Shown: piece by piece, positions 10,348 through 21,276 of the stretch
How positions within the stretch are numbered: position 1 is the stretch's first letter
Layout: each line of letters starts with the position of its first letter
Source of the DNA: a virus
IMG/VR virus record: IMGVR_UViG_3300028025_002789
Span: 33,729-97,728 of that record
Direction: 5' to 3' (one strand)
Length of the DNA stretch: 64,000 bases
The notes under the pieces: model-generated
Told to the model about the DNA's origin: nothing
The model's database searches: none
What the model saw: the letters and a program-made list of their open reading frames with translations, nothing else
Program-made: the position numbers and the translations under genes

Positions 10348-10667
10348 CCGCTCTTGAAGGAGAAGTTTTTCTTTTAGGTAATTGGAAAAATTACGAAGAA
10401 CTAGAAGAAAATATTTCTATGCCAGAGCTTATACAGACTTTTAAATCTATGCAAAAAACTGAAGAAGAGAAAAGAAAATTTCTAGCATCTCTTCAGGGCA
10501 TAAATTTAAATGAAGAAAAAGAAGAAGAAGGTTCTACCTTTGAAGATGTACGAAAGAGAGCACTTGGAATAGATACATCATCTGATGATGTTGTTTCTTT
10601 ACAAGGCCCTTATGCAGCAGAAGCTGGTTTCGGAATCGGAGCAGGGTTAGGATACTCTAGGGAGTAA
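10299..10667 (+). CDS. Tail assembly chaperone -1 frameshift extension (gpGT-like)
   Basis: -1 frame is open from 10290 to 10667; slippery heptamer C CCA AAC at 10299-10305; downstream stem-loop; no good SD before ATG 10419. Confidence 0.8.
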   Translation, partial: PKPGSGSSSSWSELDLAALEGEVFLLGNWKNYEELEENISMPELIQTFKSMQKTEEEKRKFLASLQGINLNEEKEEEGSTFEDVRKRALGIDTSSDDVVSLQGPYAAEAGFGIGAGLGYSRE

Positions 10668-10676
10668 TATAGTTAA

Positions 10677-13600
10677 ATGGCCGACGAACAAATAGTCACC
10701 AATATAGTCGCAACCTCCGACTTTTCAAATCTTATTACAGATCTCAATAAGGTTTCTTCGGCATTAACAAAATTACAGGATAAGCTTCAGGCAACAAATA
10801 AAACATTAGCCGCACAAGTTGCGGTGATGAATAGATCATTCGCAGATACCATAAGAAGTACTGGTCAATTCTCTACACACTTTGTTAGCTTAACATCTGA
10901 TGTAGATAAGTTTGGACAGCAATTAGATAGAGGCCAAATGAAACTTGGCCAGTTCTTCAGGGTATATGCTCAGCATGCTAAATCAAATGGCGGATTAATA
11001 AGAGACTTAGCAAAACAACAAGTTCAACTACAAAACTCAGTTCTACAGCCACTAGGCAAAAATGCTGAAGGGTTAATGCAATACAATGTTCATATTCCAA
11101 GAGGAATTGATGTAATAAAGAACAAGACAGCAATTGCAAGACAAGAACTTCAGATCATGAATAAGGTTGTTCAAGAGGGCGCAGGACAATTAATTAACTG
11201 GGGTAAAAATACACAGTGGGCAGGACGTCAGTTAACAGTAGGTCTTACTGTTCCGATGGCGGCATTTGGTAAAGCATCAGCTGATGCATTCAGAACTGCT
11301 GACGAACAATTAGTTAGATTAACAAAGGTTTATGGTGGTATATCTCAAACATCTAGTTCAGAATTATTGAAAGTAAGAAAAGATGTAATAGAGACAGCTA
11401 GACAAATTTCAAAATCAATGGGTGCAAGTTTTAATGAAACAATTGGATTAGCAGCAGATATTGCAGCAACTGGTAAAACAGGAAACGAATTACTAAAGTC
11501 GGTTCAGGAAACAACACGTTTAGCAGTACTTGGTGAAGTAGATAGACAAGAAGCTATGAAGGCTACCCTGGCAATTCAAACAGCTTTTAAATCAAATACT
11601 GAAGAGCTAACAGAATCAATTAACTTTTTAAACGCAGTTGAAAACCAGACATCAACAACTCTAAACGATTTAGTAGAAGCAATTCCAAAAGCTGGACCAA
11701 TTGTTAAAGGTCTAGGCGGAGATGTAAAAGACCTTGCCTTATACCTTACAGCAATGCGTGAAGGTGGAATTAATGCATCTGAAGGAGCAAACGCATTAAA
11801 GTCAGGTTTAGCATCTCTTATTAATCCAACTAAAGTAGCAACAGGCATGTTTGCTGATTTTGGCATAGATTTAAAAAATATAGTACAAAAAAATGCTGGA
11901 GATACAACTGCTACTATTTTAGAATTGCAGTCAGCATTAGAAACATTAAATCCTTTACAGAAACAACAGGCTTTAGAGCAGCTATTTGGTAAGTTCCAGT
12001 TTGCACGTATGAACGCATTGTTTGAGAATCTTGGAAAACAAGGAAGTCAGACACTACAAGTACTAGACTTGATGAAGGCAAGCAGTCAAGATTTATCTAA
12101 TTTAGCAGGACGAGAATTAGCACAAGTAACAGAGTCTGCTTCTGGTAGATACCGCAGAGCCCTAGAAGGATTAAAAGCTGATCTTGCAGCCGTAGGAGAT
12201 CAATTCTTGAATATTAATACAAGTCTTATTAACTTTGTAGATGGAATATTGAAGTTTATTCAGAAACTTCCAGACCCAATAAAGAAAATACTTGGATTCC
12301 TGGGAATGTTTACTGCAGCGGCAGGACCTTTAATTATGTTAACTGGTGTTCTTGGAAACTTCTTTGGATACATAATCAAGGGTGTATCTCATATGAGAGC
12401 ATTATTTAAAGGCGGAGAAGGATGGAAACTTTTAACACCAGAAATTTTAGCAGCTAATAAAGCTGGTAATTTAGTAGAACAAACATTTTATAGCGATGCA
12501 AAAGCCGCAGCAGTATTAAAACAATCTATTGCTGGTCTAACAGCAGAGTTTGCAGTATTACAGCAAAAGGCTACGTCTGCTGCAGTATCAATTAATCCAG
12601 GAATTTCAACTATGGCTGGCAATGTTATTGTTGCAGGAGGCCCAAGAGTAGTAGATCCTAGACATCCATTAGTTGGAAAGCCTGACACAAGAGCAGCAGC
12701 ACATCATAATCCAAGAGGAATGATGACTCAGGCACAAAGAGATGCTCAAACAATTCACTCAGTAACACCAGGATCAATTGATGTAAACCAAAGAATTGGT
12801 ACAACTCCTCAAATGTTTATGTCTGGAGACCTTCCAAAAATTGAAGGACTTACAGCAGTAAAGGGAGTATCAACTGGAATAGTTGCAGGAGAAGCAGCTA
12901 AGTGGCATGCTCTTATGGGATCACTTTCGATGTTGAGCAAAAAAGAAGTTGCAACATTAAAGAAAGAAATTGCAAGAACTGGAACTTTTAGCACAGACAT
13001 AAGCCAGTCATTTGGACAACTTCTTCCAGTAATGACAGATATAACAAATAATGCTGCAAGAAGATCTGCTCAAATAGTTGCACAACTTCAAGCTGGAAAA
13101 ATTACTTTAGATGCAGCCCGTTCAAAAATTATTGCATTAAATGCTGAAATAGAAGCAATGATGGCACAGGCAACAACACAAGTTGCAACTGGTCTAGGAC
13201 GAACAGCATCATTAACTCAGACACCTTTAACTGGACAACCTATTGTAAGTCCTACAGGAAAATCAAATATTAAAGAAATTTTTAGATCTGGGAGAAAAGG
13301 CAAAGCGGTAATTGATACTATTGCCAGATCTCTTGGAATTAGAACTTATGGAGCTGGATACTCAACAGAAACAACTATACCTAAAAAGATGGCTACTGGT
13401 GGAATTGTTCCAGGAGTTGGTAATACAGATACATATTCTACAACTCTTCCAGAAGGTGCATTTGTTGTAAATAAACAAGCAACTGCACAAAATATGGATA
13501 TCATCGCCCCAATGCTTGGAATGAATATGGGCGGACAAGTTCCAGTAATGCTTACTCCTGGAGAAGCAGTAATTGATCCTAAAACAGCTAGCGCTAATTT

Positions 13601-16600
13601 AGATACACTTTATGGCATTAATGGTCCAGGAGCACAAGGACCTGGATATAGGCTAGGTGGATACGTACCATCTGCAATAGCAAACTCAATTCTTAGCGCA
13701 TTTAAAATTTCATCAAGATCTACAAAGTCAGCAAAACTTCTTGGTAACTGGGGAATGCTTTTACCAAAAGGCATTAACAGCGGACTTGCTGGCAACAAGA
13801 GCGTAAGAGGCGCAGAGTTAATAAAATACACACAAGATCCTTCTAGACAAACATCCGTTGGAGAATTTTTAGCTCACGTAGGAGTTCCTGCAAAAGAAAT
13901 TAAAAGAATTCAGTCTAACATAGCTAAAAAAATTACAGAATCAATAGACCCAAGAGATTCTTATAACGATGCAATGTTAGGCCAAGTATCATTTTCTGTT
14001 ATAGATAAAGAAATCAGATCTCTTGAAAGTAGGCTCCCAGGAATATCTTTAGCATATCAAAAAGATAGAATGACTCCTGGAAGAAGAGATACACGCAAAA
14101 CTCCTAGAGCTGGAGAGACACAAGCAGAAGCAGATAAACGTGGCGGCGGAAGCCCTACAGGACTAAGAGCGCCAGGTGGAAGAAAGAGCGGATATAAAAC
14201 TGGAAAAGACGGAGAAGCCTTTGCTCATTTTACAGATGCAGACTTTGAAGAAAACTTAGCTTTAATTGGACAGTCAATGGGGCACATGGTTGGAGGTTAT
14301 AATCCAGCAGTCCGTGGCATACATCCAAATAGTTATTCTATTAATTCACATGGCAGAATGACAAATCTTGGGATGCCTTTACGAAAGTTAGAACGTGGAT
14401 GGTCAAATCCAAGATATGTGGCGCCTGATCCAAATTCAATAGCATTAACTAATAAATGGAGAAGAGGATATAACTCTGGCGGAATGGTTTCAATGCCAAG
14501 ATCAATTCCAGTTCCACAACAAAATGGTAAGTATAATATGGGCGGAAAAGTTCAAGGATACAATGCTGGCGGAATGATTGCATCCACACTACTCGGACTA
14601 CTTGCATCACAAGGAGGCTCAGCGCTTGGATCTAAGTTTGGCGGAGAAACTGGTTCAATGATTGGTGGAATGTTAGGATTCTCAATTCCAGGAATGTTAA
14701 TGGCTGGTAGAGGACCTAGAATGGCAAAGGGTTCAGAAGAAGCACAAGGATTCTATGGAAACAAATTAGACAAATCAATTATAGGTAATACTAAGTTTGG
14801 CGCATCTTTAGCAAATACTGCAGCACAAGGATCTAAGGTATCTAGAGTCCTTATGGGAATGGCTGGTATATTAACAAAGACAAACTTAATTTTAGCTGGA
14901 GTCACAACAGCAGCAGTACTTGGATATAAAGCTTGGCAAAATCATAAAGAAGCACTTAGACTAAATCAATTAAGTTATGGCTTAACAGCAGAGGCAGCTC
15001 AAAAGGCTGGATTAAAGTTTGTTGATTATAATGCTAAGATCAAAGATTCTATTAATAATGTAAAGATGGTTACAGAAAGAAACAAGCTTATGTACGAAAG
15101 CATGAAGAGTGCTGGATTACCTATTCAAATGACTATTGAGCAATATAAGAAGTTAAGAAAAGAAGTTAAGTCTACAATGTCAGATTATGTAAAGATGATT
15201 GACAGAGCTAAAGACGGAGACCTTGCTTCTATGGCAGAAAGATTAAAGACACAATTTATTGCTGCTGGAATGTCTGCAGATGAAGCAGCAAAGAAGATTT
15301 ATATAGCCTTTACATTATCTAATAAGGCTGCATCAGCAGCTGTATCAACAGTTGGAAATGCTAACTTTAATAAAATAATTGATGCTCAAACAGCAGCAGT
15401 TCAAGCAATGGAATCATTTAATAAGGCAGCATCATTTGAGGACGCAAAGACACAGGCAACCGCATTAAACACAGCTTTGCAGGCAGTAGATGGAAGCCTA
15501 GAAAATATTGTATCTGAAAGTCAAAAGAAAGCTGATGCGGATAAAACTGGAAAGACTGAAGTTATCAGTAGATATGAAGCTGAAAAACAAATGCTTAATG
15601 GAATTACTTCAAATATTAAGGGACAGAAAAAACTTACTCAAGGATTAATTGATGAGCTAGCAAAACAAAACCCACTTATAAGAGACTTTGCTACTACACA
15701 AGACACAGTACTAAGCCTTTGGCAGAAGATGAGATTAGCAGCACAAGGGTATACTGGTGATTTAACAATGGGTGCTCAACAAACTAAAGCACTGTATACA
15801 GTCTATAATAAAGTTGCATCAGCTGTAGAAGCTAAAAATAAAGTAGGTGCATTAAAATCACAGTATGCTAATTTAAATACATTACAGACACAGCTAGAAA
15901 AAGCTCAGAATGCAGCAAAGGGACAATCTGTACAACAACAGATTGATTCAAAGAAAGCAATTGAAGCTATCGATGATAGAATTAAAAAGATTAAAGAAGA
16001 GGCAGACGCTAGACGTAAGGCTCTTTCTCAACAACAACAAGATGAAGATTCTTTAACTCAAATAAAGAAAAAGCAGTTAGAGTATCAGCAAGCACTAGCT
16101 TCTGGAGATATGGCTGCTGCAGCACAGGCTCAATTAGATATACAGTCATTAAATAGACAGCAACAGGTAACTCAGGCAACAAGAGCAATTGATGATAAAG
16201 AATCTTCAGATATAGCCAAGTTAGAAAAACAAAGAGACGCTCTATCCAAGAAAGAAGAGAATCTTGCCAACAAGGCTGCATTAGCAGCGGAGTCAATGGG
16301 ATCATTAACAGAAAAGATTAGAAAGCAACAAGAAGCAATTGATACATTTAATTCTGCAGTGACTAACTTACAAGTAGCAATCATTGAAAAGAAAAAAGAT
16401 ATAAGCGGAGAGTCTGCGGCTGTTGTAAAGGCTGGAGAGGCAGCGGGAGTTAAAACAACTGGATCAGATAAAGTTGGTGTTTATGATGGTAGCAGGTTAA
16501 CATATAGAGATAAAACTCCACAAGAACGTGCAAAAGATTTTATGCCAAAAGATTTAAATAAGACCTTGAATACGGATACAGTTTACGTAAATGCAAAAAA

Positions 16601-17132
16601 CCTTATTGATAACGCTGGTACATTTAATAAACCAAAAGATTTTGGTAGAGTTCCTGGGCTAGATCCTAGAGATATTTATAAAACAGCATGGGGCAGAATA
16701 GGCCCAAATAGCGCACAGCAAAAGGTTGAAGAGTATGCTAGACAACAAGGAGTTAAGCCTGGGCAGCAGTTTACACTTGGAGCTGGAAACAAAAAAGATA
16801 ATACATACAAAGATTATCAATTTAGAGTAAGAGAAGACGGAACCGTCGTCCTTGTTAAAAAATTTGCAGCTGGTGGAATGGTCACAAATAGACCACTTGC
16901 AATGCCTAAGTTTAATAAAATGGGAATGGGCGGACCAGTAGTTAATTCAGTTCCTAGATATAATTCTGGAGGATATGTATCTTCATCTAAGTCTTCTTCA
17001 TCTTCAGTTATTATTAAAAATTTAAATGTCGAATTTCCAACTACCCCACCTAATGCTAAAGAATTCTATGCACAAATAAAAGAAATAGCAAGACTAGAGG
17101 GAACTAAGGTTTCAGATGGGAAAAGAGCATAA
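10677..17132 (+). CDS. Tape measure protein
   Basis: 2151 aa, Ala-rich helical; TP901-type core (VGLTVP...; LFGKFQ); hydrophobic segments; follows the chaperones. Confidence 0.93.
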   Translation: MADEQIVTNIVATSDFSNLITDLNKVSSALTKLQDKLQATNKTLAAQVAVMNRSFADTIRSTGQFSTHFVSLTSDVDKFGQQLDRGQMKLGQFFRVYAQHAKSNGGLIRDLAKQQVQLQNSVLQPLGKNAEGLMQYNVHIPRGIDVIKNKTAIARQELQIMNKVVQEGAGQLINWGKNTQWAGRQLTVGLTVPMAAFGKASADAFRTADEQLVRLTKVYGGISQTSSSELLKVRKDVIETARQISKSMGASFNETIGLAADIAATGKTGNELLKSVQETTRLAVLGEVDRQEAMKATLAIQTAFKSNTEELTESINFLNAVENQTSTTLNDLVEAIPKAGPIVKGLGGDVKDLALYLTAMREGGINASEGANALKSGLASLINPTKVATGMFADFGIDLKNIVQKNAGDTTATILELQSALETLNPLQKQQALEQLFGKFQFARMNALFENLGKQGSQTLQVLDLMKASSQDLSNLAGRELAQVTESASGRYRRALEGLKADLAAVGDQFLNINTSLINFVDGILKFIQKLPDPIKKILGFLGMFTAAAGPLIMLTGVLGNFFGYIIKGVSHMRALFKGGEGWKLLTPEILAANKAGNLVEQTFYSDAKAAAVLKQSIAGLTAEFAVLQQKATSAAVSINPGISTMAGNVIVAGGPRVVDPRHPLVGKPDTRAAAHHNPRGMMTQAQRDAQTIHSVTPGSIDVNQRIGTTPQMFMSGDLPKIEGLTAVKGVSTGIVAGEAAKWHALMGSLSMLSKKEVATLKKEIARTGTFSTDISQSFGQLLPVMTDITNNAARRSAQIVAQLQAGKITLDAARSKIIALNAEIEAMMAQATTQVATGLGRTASLTQTPLTGQPIVSPTGKSNIKEIFRSGRKGKAVIDTIARSLGIRTYGAGYSTETTIPKKMATGGIVPGVGNTDTYSTTLPEGAFVVNKQATAQNMDIIAPMLGMNMGGQVPVMLTPGEAVIDPKTASANLDTLYGINGPGAQGPGYRLGGYVPSAIANSILSAFKISSRSTKSAKLLGNWGMLLPKGINSGLAGNKSVRGAELIKYTQDPSRQTSVGEFLAHVGVPAKEIKRIQSNIAKKITESIDPRDSYNDAMLGQVSFSVIDKEIRSLESRLPGISLAYQKDRMTPGRRDTRKTPRAGETQAEADKRGGGSPTGLRAPGGRKSGYKTGKDGEAFAHFTDADFEENLALIGQSMGHMVGGYNPAVRGIHPNSYSINSHGRMTNLGMPLRKLERGWSNPRYVAPDPNSIALTNKWRRGYNSGGMVSMPRSIPVPQQNGKYNMGGKVQGYNAGGMIASTLLGLLASQGGSALGSKFGGETGSMIGGMLGFSIPGMLMAGRGPRMAKGSEEAQGFYGNKLDKSIIGNTKFGASLANTAAQGSKVSRVLMGMAGILTKTNLILAGVTTAAVLGYKAWQNHKEALRLNQLSYGLTAEAAQKAGLKFVDYNAKIKDSINNVKMVTERNKLMYESMKSAGLPIQMTIEQYKKLRKEVKSTMSDYVKMIDRAKDGDLASMAERLKTQFIAAGMSADEAAKKIYIAFTLSNKAASAAVSTVGNANFNKIIDAQTAAVQAMESFNKAASFEDAKTQATALNTALQAVDGSLENIVSESQKKADADKTGKTEVISRYEAEKQMLNGITSNIKGQKKLTQGLIDELAKQNPLIRDFATTQDTVLSLWQKMRLAAQGYTGDLTMGAQQTKALYTVYNKVASAVEAKNKVGALKSQYANLNTLQTQLEKAQNAAKGQSVQQQIDSKKAIEAIDDRIKKIKEEADARRKALSQQQQDEDSLTQIKKKQLEYQQALASGDMAAAAQAQLDIQSLNRQQQVTQATRAIDDKESSDIAKLEKQRDALSKKEENLANKAALAAESMGSLTEKIRKQQEAIDTFNSAVTNLQVAIIEKKKDISGESAAVVKAGEAAGVKTTGSDKVGVYDGSRLTYRDKTPQERAKDFMPKDLNKTLNTDTVYVNAKNLIDNAGTFNKPKDFGRVPGLDPRDIYKTAWGRIGPNSAQQKVEEYARQQGVKPGQQFTLGAGNKKDNTYKDYQFRVREDGTVVLVKKFAAGGMVTNRPLAMPKFNKMGMGGPVVNSVPRYNSGGYVSSSKSSSSSVIIKNLNVEFPTTPPNAKEFYAQIKEIARLEGTKVSDGKRA

Positions 17133-17590
17133 TGTCAACTATATATCTTCCAGTAGGATCGGTTTTATATTTTAATTCAACAATTAAAGTATCAGAGCAT
17201 AATCGTCAACCAGTCTCAATTGGTAAGACAAGAATTGAACAAACTAAGAGAATGTCTAATGGGCTTATGCGTAAGTTCTTTATTGCCGATAAGGAAACAA
17301 TTAGCGTTTCTTGGAACATGCTACCTTCATTTACAACTATGACAGTTGACGGAGGATATGGGGCAGTAGACTTAAAATCATTTTATGATGGATCTGCTAC
17401 AAAAGCAGCGGGAGCATTATCAGGAAGATCCTCATTTGATGTAACCATTGCATATGGCAATACAACAAAAACAATGGAAATGATGTTTACAAGTTGCTCA
17501 TTTGAAATAGTTAAGCGAAATGTAAAGGAACAAACAACAGACCTTCCCCAAGAGTTTTGGAACGTATCTCTTTCTATGGAAGAGGTATAA
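17132..17590 (+). CDS. Distal tail-like minor tail protein
   Basis: Small gene right after tape measure; R...NG..R...K.T..VSW pattern. Confidence 0.6.
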   Translation: MSTIYLPVGSVLYFNSTIKVSEHNRQPVSIGKTRIEQTKRMSNGLMRKFFIADKETISVSWNMLPSFTTMTVDGGYGAVDLKSFYDGSATKAAGALSGRSSFDVTIAYGNTTKTMEMMFTSCSFEIVKRNVKEQTTDLPQEFWNVSLSMEEV

Positions 17591-20500
17591 TGATAGATTC
17601 AGGTAAAACAGCTTTACAGAATATATTCAAGCAACAAAAAACAATTCAAGTAGAAGCTGGTTGCGAAATTGAATATAACATGAATTCTTTAATTGATGGA
17701 ATAACTATTTCTTCTGCCACTCCAGACTCCTCATATACATCACAAATATCTGGATGGCCAACAGGAAAAGCAAACCCATACAAAAAGCTTTTTCCAATAG
17801 ATTCAATAATTAAACCATTTAGACCACTAGATTCAGGAATCAAGTACTTTGTATTTTTGTCAAACGATACGACATCAAATACATTTTCTCCATATAGATC
17901 TTTACAATATCCATCTTCTCAGCCGAGAATATACTATCCAGGCGTAACCACTCAGTATAAATATTGGCTAGGGGCTAAAGACACAAATGTAAATTTAACA
18001 TTAACATATAAGCAAACATCTAGCTCATCTATTGGCAACAAGCATGCATTGGCAAATAAAATAGTTATTAGGTTTGAAAAGTATCACGCTCTTCCATTAT
18101 CGTATACTGTCACCGTAACAAGGTCTGATGGGTCAATACAGACTCTAGGCCCAATCGCTCCACCATCAAGTGGAAATATTGAATTAAACTATACTGGATC
18201 AGCCTGGACTCAGCATGCATTAACAGAGCCAGTTTCTTATGCTACTCCAATTTCAATTAAATCTATTAATCTAGTTGCAACATCTCCAGGCGGTGGAGAA
18301 GTAATTGGAGTCATAGAACTATCTGCAAGATGGGTAAAGGACATATCCTCAGACGTAGTATCATTTGATATACAGAAAGAGTCATCATCTTCTTCAGAAG
18401 ACATATTGCCAGTAGGATCAGTTACTGCTAATAGCATAACAGCAAACATAGTTAAATATAATCAATCTACATTGCAGACAGTCTCATATAACAGAGAGTC
18501 AACATCGATTGATCCATCATTAATATACTTAGTTAAAAATGCAGAAATAAGACCATTCTTTAAAGTTTATCATTCTGGTGGAACTACAGTTGCAGGCTCA
18601 TATGATAAGGTTAAACAAGGAACATTCTATATAAATGATTTCAATATTGATGCCTATGGAGACACATCCATAAATGCTCTAGATGGATCAAAGTATTTAA
18701 TGGAAACATTATGCCCAGATATTGTTTGTGAATTTTATCCAGTAACAGCAATTTTAAGAAGATTATTAGATTCAGTAGGGTTTTCAAACTATAACTTTAA
18801 TTTACATGCTACATCAGAAACATCAATTCCTCAGATTAATTATTGGTGGACAGACGATACTACAACAGTATGGCAAGCAATTCAAGATCTATGTAGAGAT
18901 ATTCAGATGAACTCCTTCTTTGATGAAAACAATGTTCTTCAGTTTTATAGCAGAGACTACATATACGATAAAGCAAGGTCTTCTGTATGGGATTTTTACA
19001 ATGAAGCAGAGGGTTCTTCTTTACCAAACATAATTGATTTTACTCAAAAAGAAATAGTTGCAGCAAACTATGTAAAAGTTTTATGGCAATCAGCTTTAAC
19101 ATCTAACTACACTGGAACATCAAGCGAGCTTTGGACAGCACCAACAACATTTTTAAGTGCTGGTGGATTACAGCAGTCTATAACAGACTCACAAATGGAA
19201 CTTGTGATAGATACTAAAACAATAGATATATATTCAAAACAACAGGCATTCTATAACTTTTCAGGTTTTGTTTTGATAGACTCTGAGATTATTGAATATG
19301 AAGCAATTGGTTATGACGTAACTTTGCAAAATGGAACAAAAGAACATCAATGGATTTATTCAGAATCTGATGTAAATAAATACAGGTCGTTATCAAAACC
19401 TGGATACGAGGACGTCAATAATCCAGCAAACACATCTTACTTTAAGCCAAGCGGAAGATACAAGGTTAAAAAGAGAGGTGCACTTGGAACAGTAGCAGCT
19501 GCACATTCATCTGGAAATTCAAATCTAGGAAATTGGACTGGAAGAGAAGTAACTTGGGATAACAAGGCAACAACAACATATGGAACTTCAACAACCCCTA
19601 GCAGTTTAGATTTTTATTATAACGTTAAGCCAAAACAAATATCTTTAACTAGCGTTGAGTTAGACTTTGTTGAGCCTACTACTAATCCTACTTCATATAT
19701 AGTAGAAGTTCAAAGATTAAATGATGATGGGTCAAACGATGGAGCAGCAATAACTCTTCCAGCATTTACTGGAAATCCCCCATTATTAATTGAAAATCTT
19801 TTTCCAGGATCAAAGTATAAATTTAAAGTTACACCAAAAAACGGAGCTGTATCTGGAAATAGTATAATTAGTGCAGTTTTTACACTTAGCGCTGTATCGT
19901 ATAATGGAAACTTCTCTTCTAACCCAGTATTAGCAACAGCATTAACACCAGGAAAATCTTACCTGACATTAACTAATTCAACAACAGCTAAAGATAAATA
20001 TGTTATGGCATATAGAGACTTCAATGGAATTAATTTAACTTCTTTTACACCAAACACATCTTATCCGCCATACTCATATACCCCAAATACATATAGCGAA
20101 GCATACTACGCATTTGGCACTAGCATATTTTTAGATTCAGATATAAAATCACAAGCATCGTCAGCTGGCATGGGATTCTTCGTTGATGATTTAGGGAAAA
20201 CTGGATACTTTATTGTTGTTGAAACTACAAAATCTGCAACCGCAAAAGAAACTAAATCAGTTAGAATATTAAAAGCTGACGGGTCTGGAGTTAGAATATT
20301 AGCAGACTCACAAAGAACAGCCACGTCAACATTTGAAGGAGTATATGGCGGTAAACAGTACAACTTAGATGTCAGAGTTAAGGTTCTTGGAAACGATCTA
20401 AGCATTATTGCATACGTAAATGGATTTAAAATAGAGGCAAAAGATTCTAATGGGATGCTAAACGCCAAGGAGACCAATAAGATTTTAGATCAAACAAAAA

Positions 20501-21252
20501 CAGTATCAGTTATTTGTGGAAATGGTACAGTCGCATTTGATTATGTTTATGCAACAGATATGAGTAAAACAAAGTATGAACAATCACTAGTTGACCCAAA
20601 CATGTACCTAGCACAATTTTCAAATGATCTACTAGACATGTCATTTGGAGATATTGTATATGACGCCAAGAACTCAGAAAATACATTAAAGAGTCAAACA
20701 GTGGATGATTTTGGAACAGTAGTGAGAGAAATTTATTATGTTAAAACTAAGTTAAATACAAGACCAGCATTTCCTGTATTATGGTCTACTGGAGGAAACA
20801 AGGCAGTAAATATTATTGGACAGACAGTATCTAACTTTAATGCAGAGGCGTATGTATTAAATAATACTTCTACAACTGTTCCATTAAGTAACGGTGCCGA
20901 AGCTGGATTCTTTATATATGGAAACAGTATTGGTCAGTCTGGAACCTTAGAATATTCAACTGACGACAGTTCAGAATACGCAAATAAAGAACCAGTAATT
21001 TTTGAGTCTAGGTGGCTACAAAATGAATATGATGTCAAGCAATTGGCAAACTTTATAAAAAATAAAGCTATTAATAAGGGCAAACTTATAGACATGGAAG
21101 TATTTGGAAACCCATTACTTTCAGTAGGAGACATAGTTAAAGTTAAATATACCTATCAGGGACTACTTGGAACTGAATCCCTGATCATCACAGATATTAA
21201 CCAATCTTTTCAGGAAGGAATAAATACATCCATTACATGTCGAACTTTGTAG
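17590..21252 (+). CDS. Tail tip/baseplate hub protein with FN3-like insert
   Basis: Hub motifs QDLCRDIQM..FFDENNVLQF and C-terminal GNPLLSVGDIV; FN3-like LFPGSKYKFKVTP. Start moved to ATG 17590. Confidence 0.75.
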   Translation: MIDSGKTALQNIFKQQKTIQVEAGCEIEYNMNSLIDGITISSATPDSSYTSQISGWPTGKANPYKKLFPIDSIIKPFRPLDSGIKYFVFLSNDTTSNTFSPYRSLQYPSSQPRIYYPGVTTQYKYWLGAKDTNVNLTLTYKQTSSSSIGNKHALANKIVIRFEKYHALPLSYTVTVTRSDGSIQTLGPIAPPSSGNIELNYTGSAWTQHALTEPVSYATPISIKSINLVATSPGGGEVIGVIELSARWVKDISSDVVSFDIQKESSSSSEDILPVGSVTANSITANIVKYNQSTLQTVSYNRESTSIDPSLIYLVKNAEIRPFFKVYHSGGTTVAGSYDKVKQGTFYINDFNIDAYGDTSINALDGSKYLMETLCPDIVCEFYPVTAILRRLLDSVGFSNYNFNLHATSETSIPQINYWWTDDTTTVWQAIQDLCRDIQMNSFFDENNVLQFYSRDYIYDKARSSVWDFYNEAEGSSLPNIIDFTQKEIVAANYVKVLWQSALTSNYTGTSSELWTAPTTFLSAGGLQQSITDSQMELVIDTKTIDIYSKQQAFYNFSGFVLIDSEIIEYEAIGYDVTLQNGTKEHQWIYSESDVNKYRSLSKPGYEDVNNPANTSYFKPSGRYKVKKRGALGTVAAAHSSGNSNLGNWTGREVTWDNKATTTYGTSTTPSSLDFYYNVKPKQISLTSVELDFVEPTTNPTSYIVEVQRLNDDGSNDGAAITLPAFTGNPPLLIENLFPGSKYKFKVTPKNGAVSGNSIISAVFTLSAVSYNGNFSSNPVLATALTPGKSYLTLTNSTTAKDKYVMAYRDFNGINLTSFTPNTSYPPYSYTPNTYSEAYYAFGTSIFLDSDIKSQASSAGMGFFVDDLGKTGYFIVVETTKSATAKETKSVRILKADGSGVRILADSQRTATSTFEGVYGGKQYNLDVRVKVLGNDLSIIAYVNGFKIEAKDSNGMLNAKETNKILDQTKTVSVICGNGTVAFDYVYATDMSKTKYEQSLVDPNMYLAQFSNDLLDMSFGDIVYDAKNSENTLKSQTVDDFGTVVREIYYVKTKLNTRPAFPVLWSTGGNKAVNIIGQTVSNFNAEAYVLNNTSTTVPLSNGAEAGFFIYGNSIGQSGTLEYSTDDSSEYANKEPVIFESRWLQNEYDVKQLANFIKNKAINKGKLIDMEVFGNPLLSVGDIVKVKYTYQGLLGTESLIITDINQSFQEGINTSITCRTL

Positions 21253-21276
21253 TTGACCAAATGGTATAATATTAAA

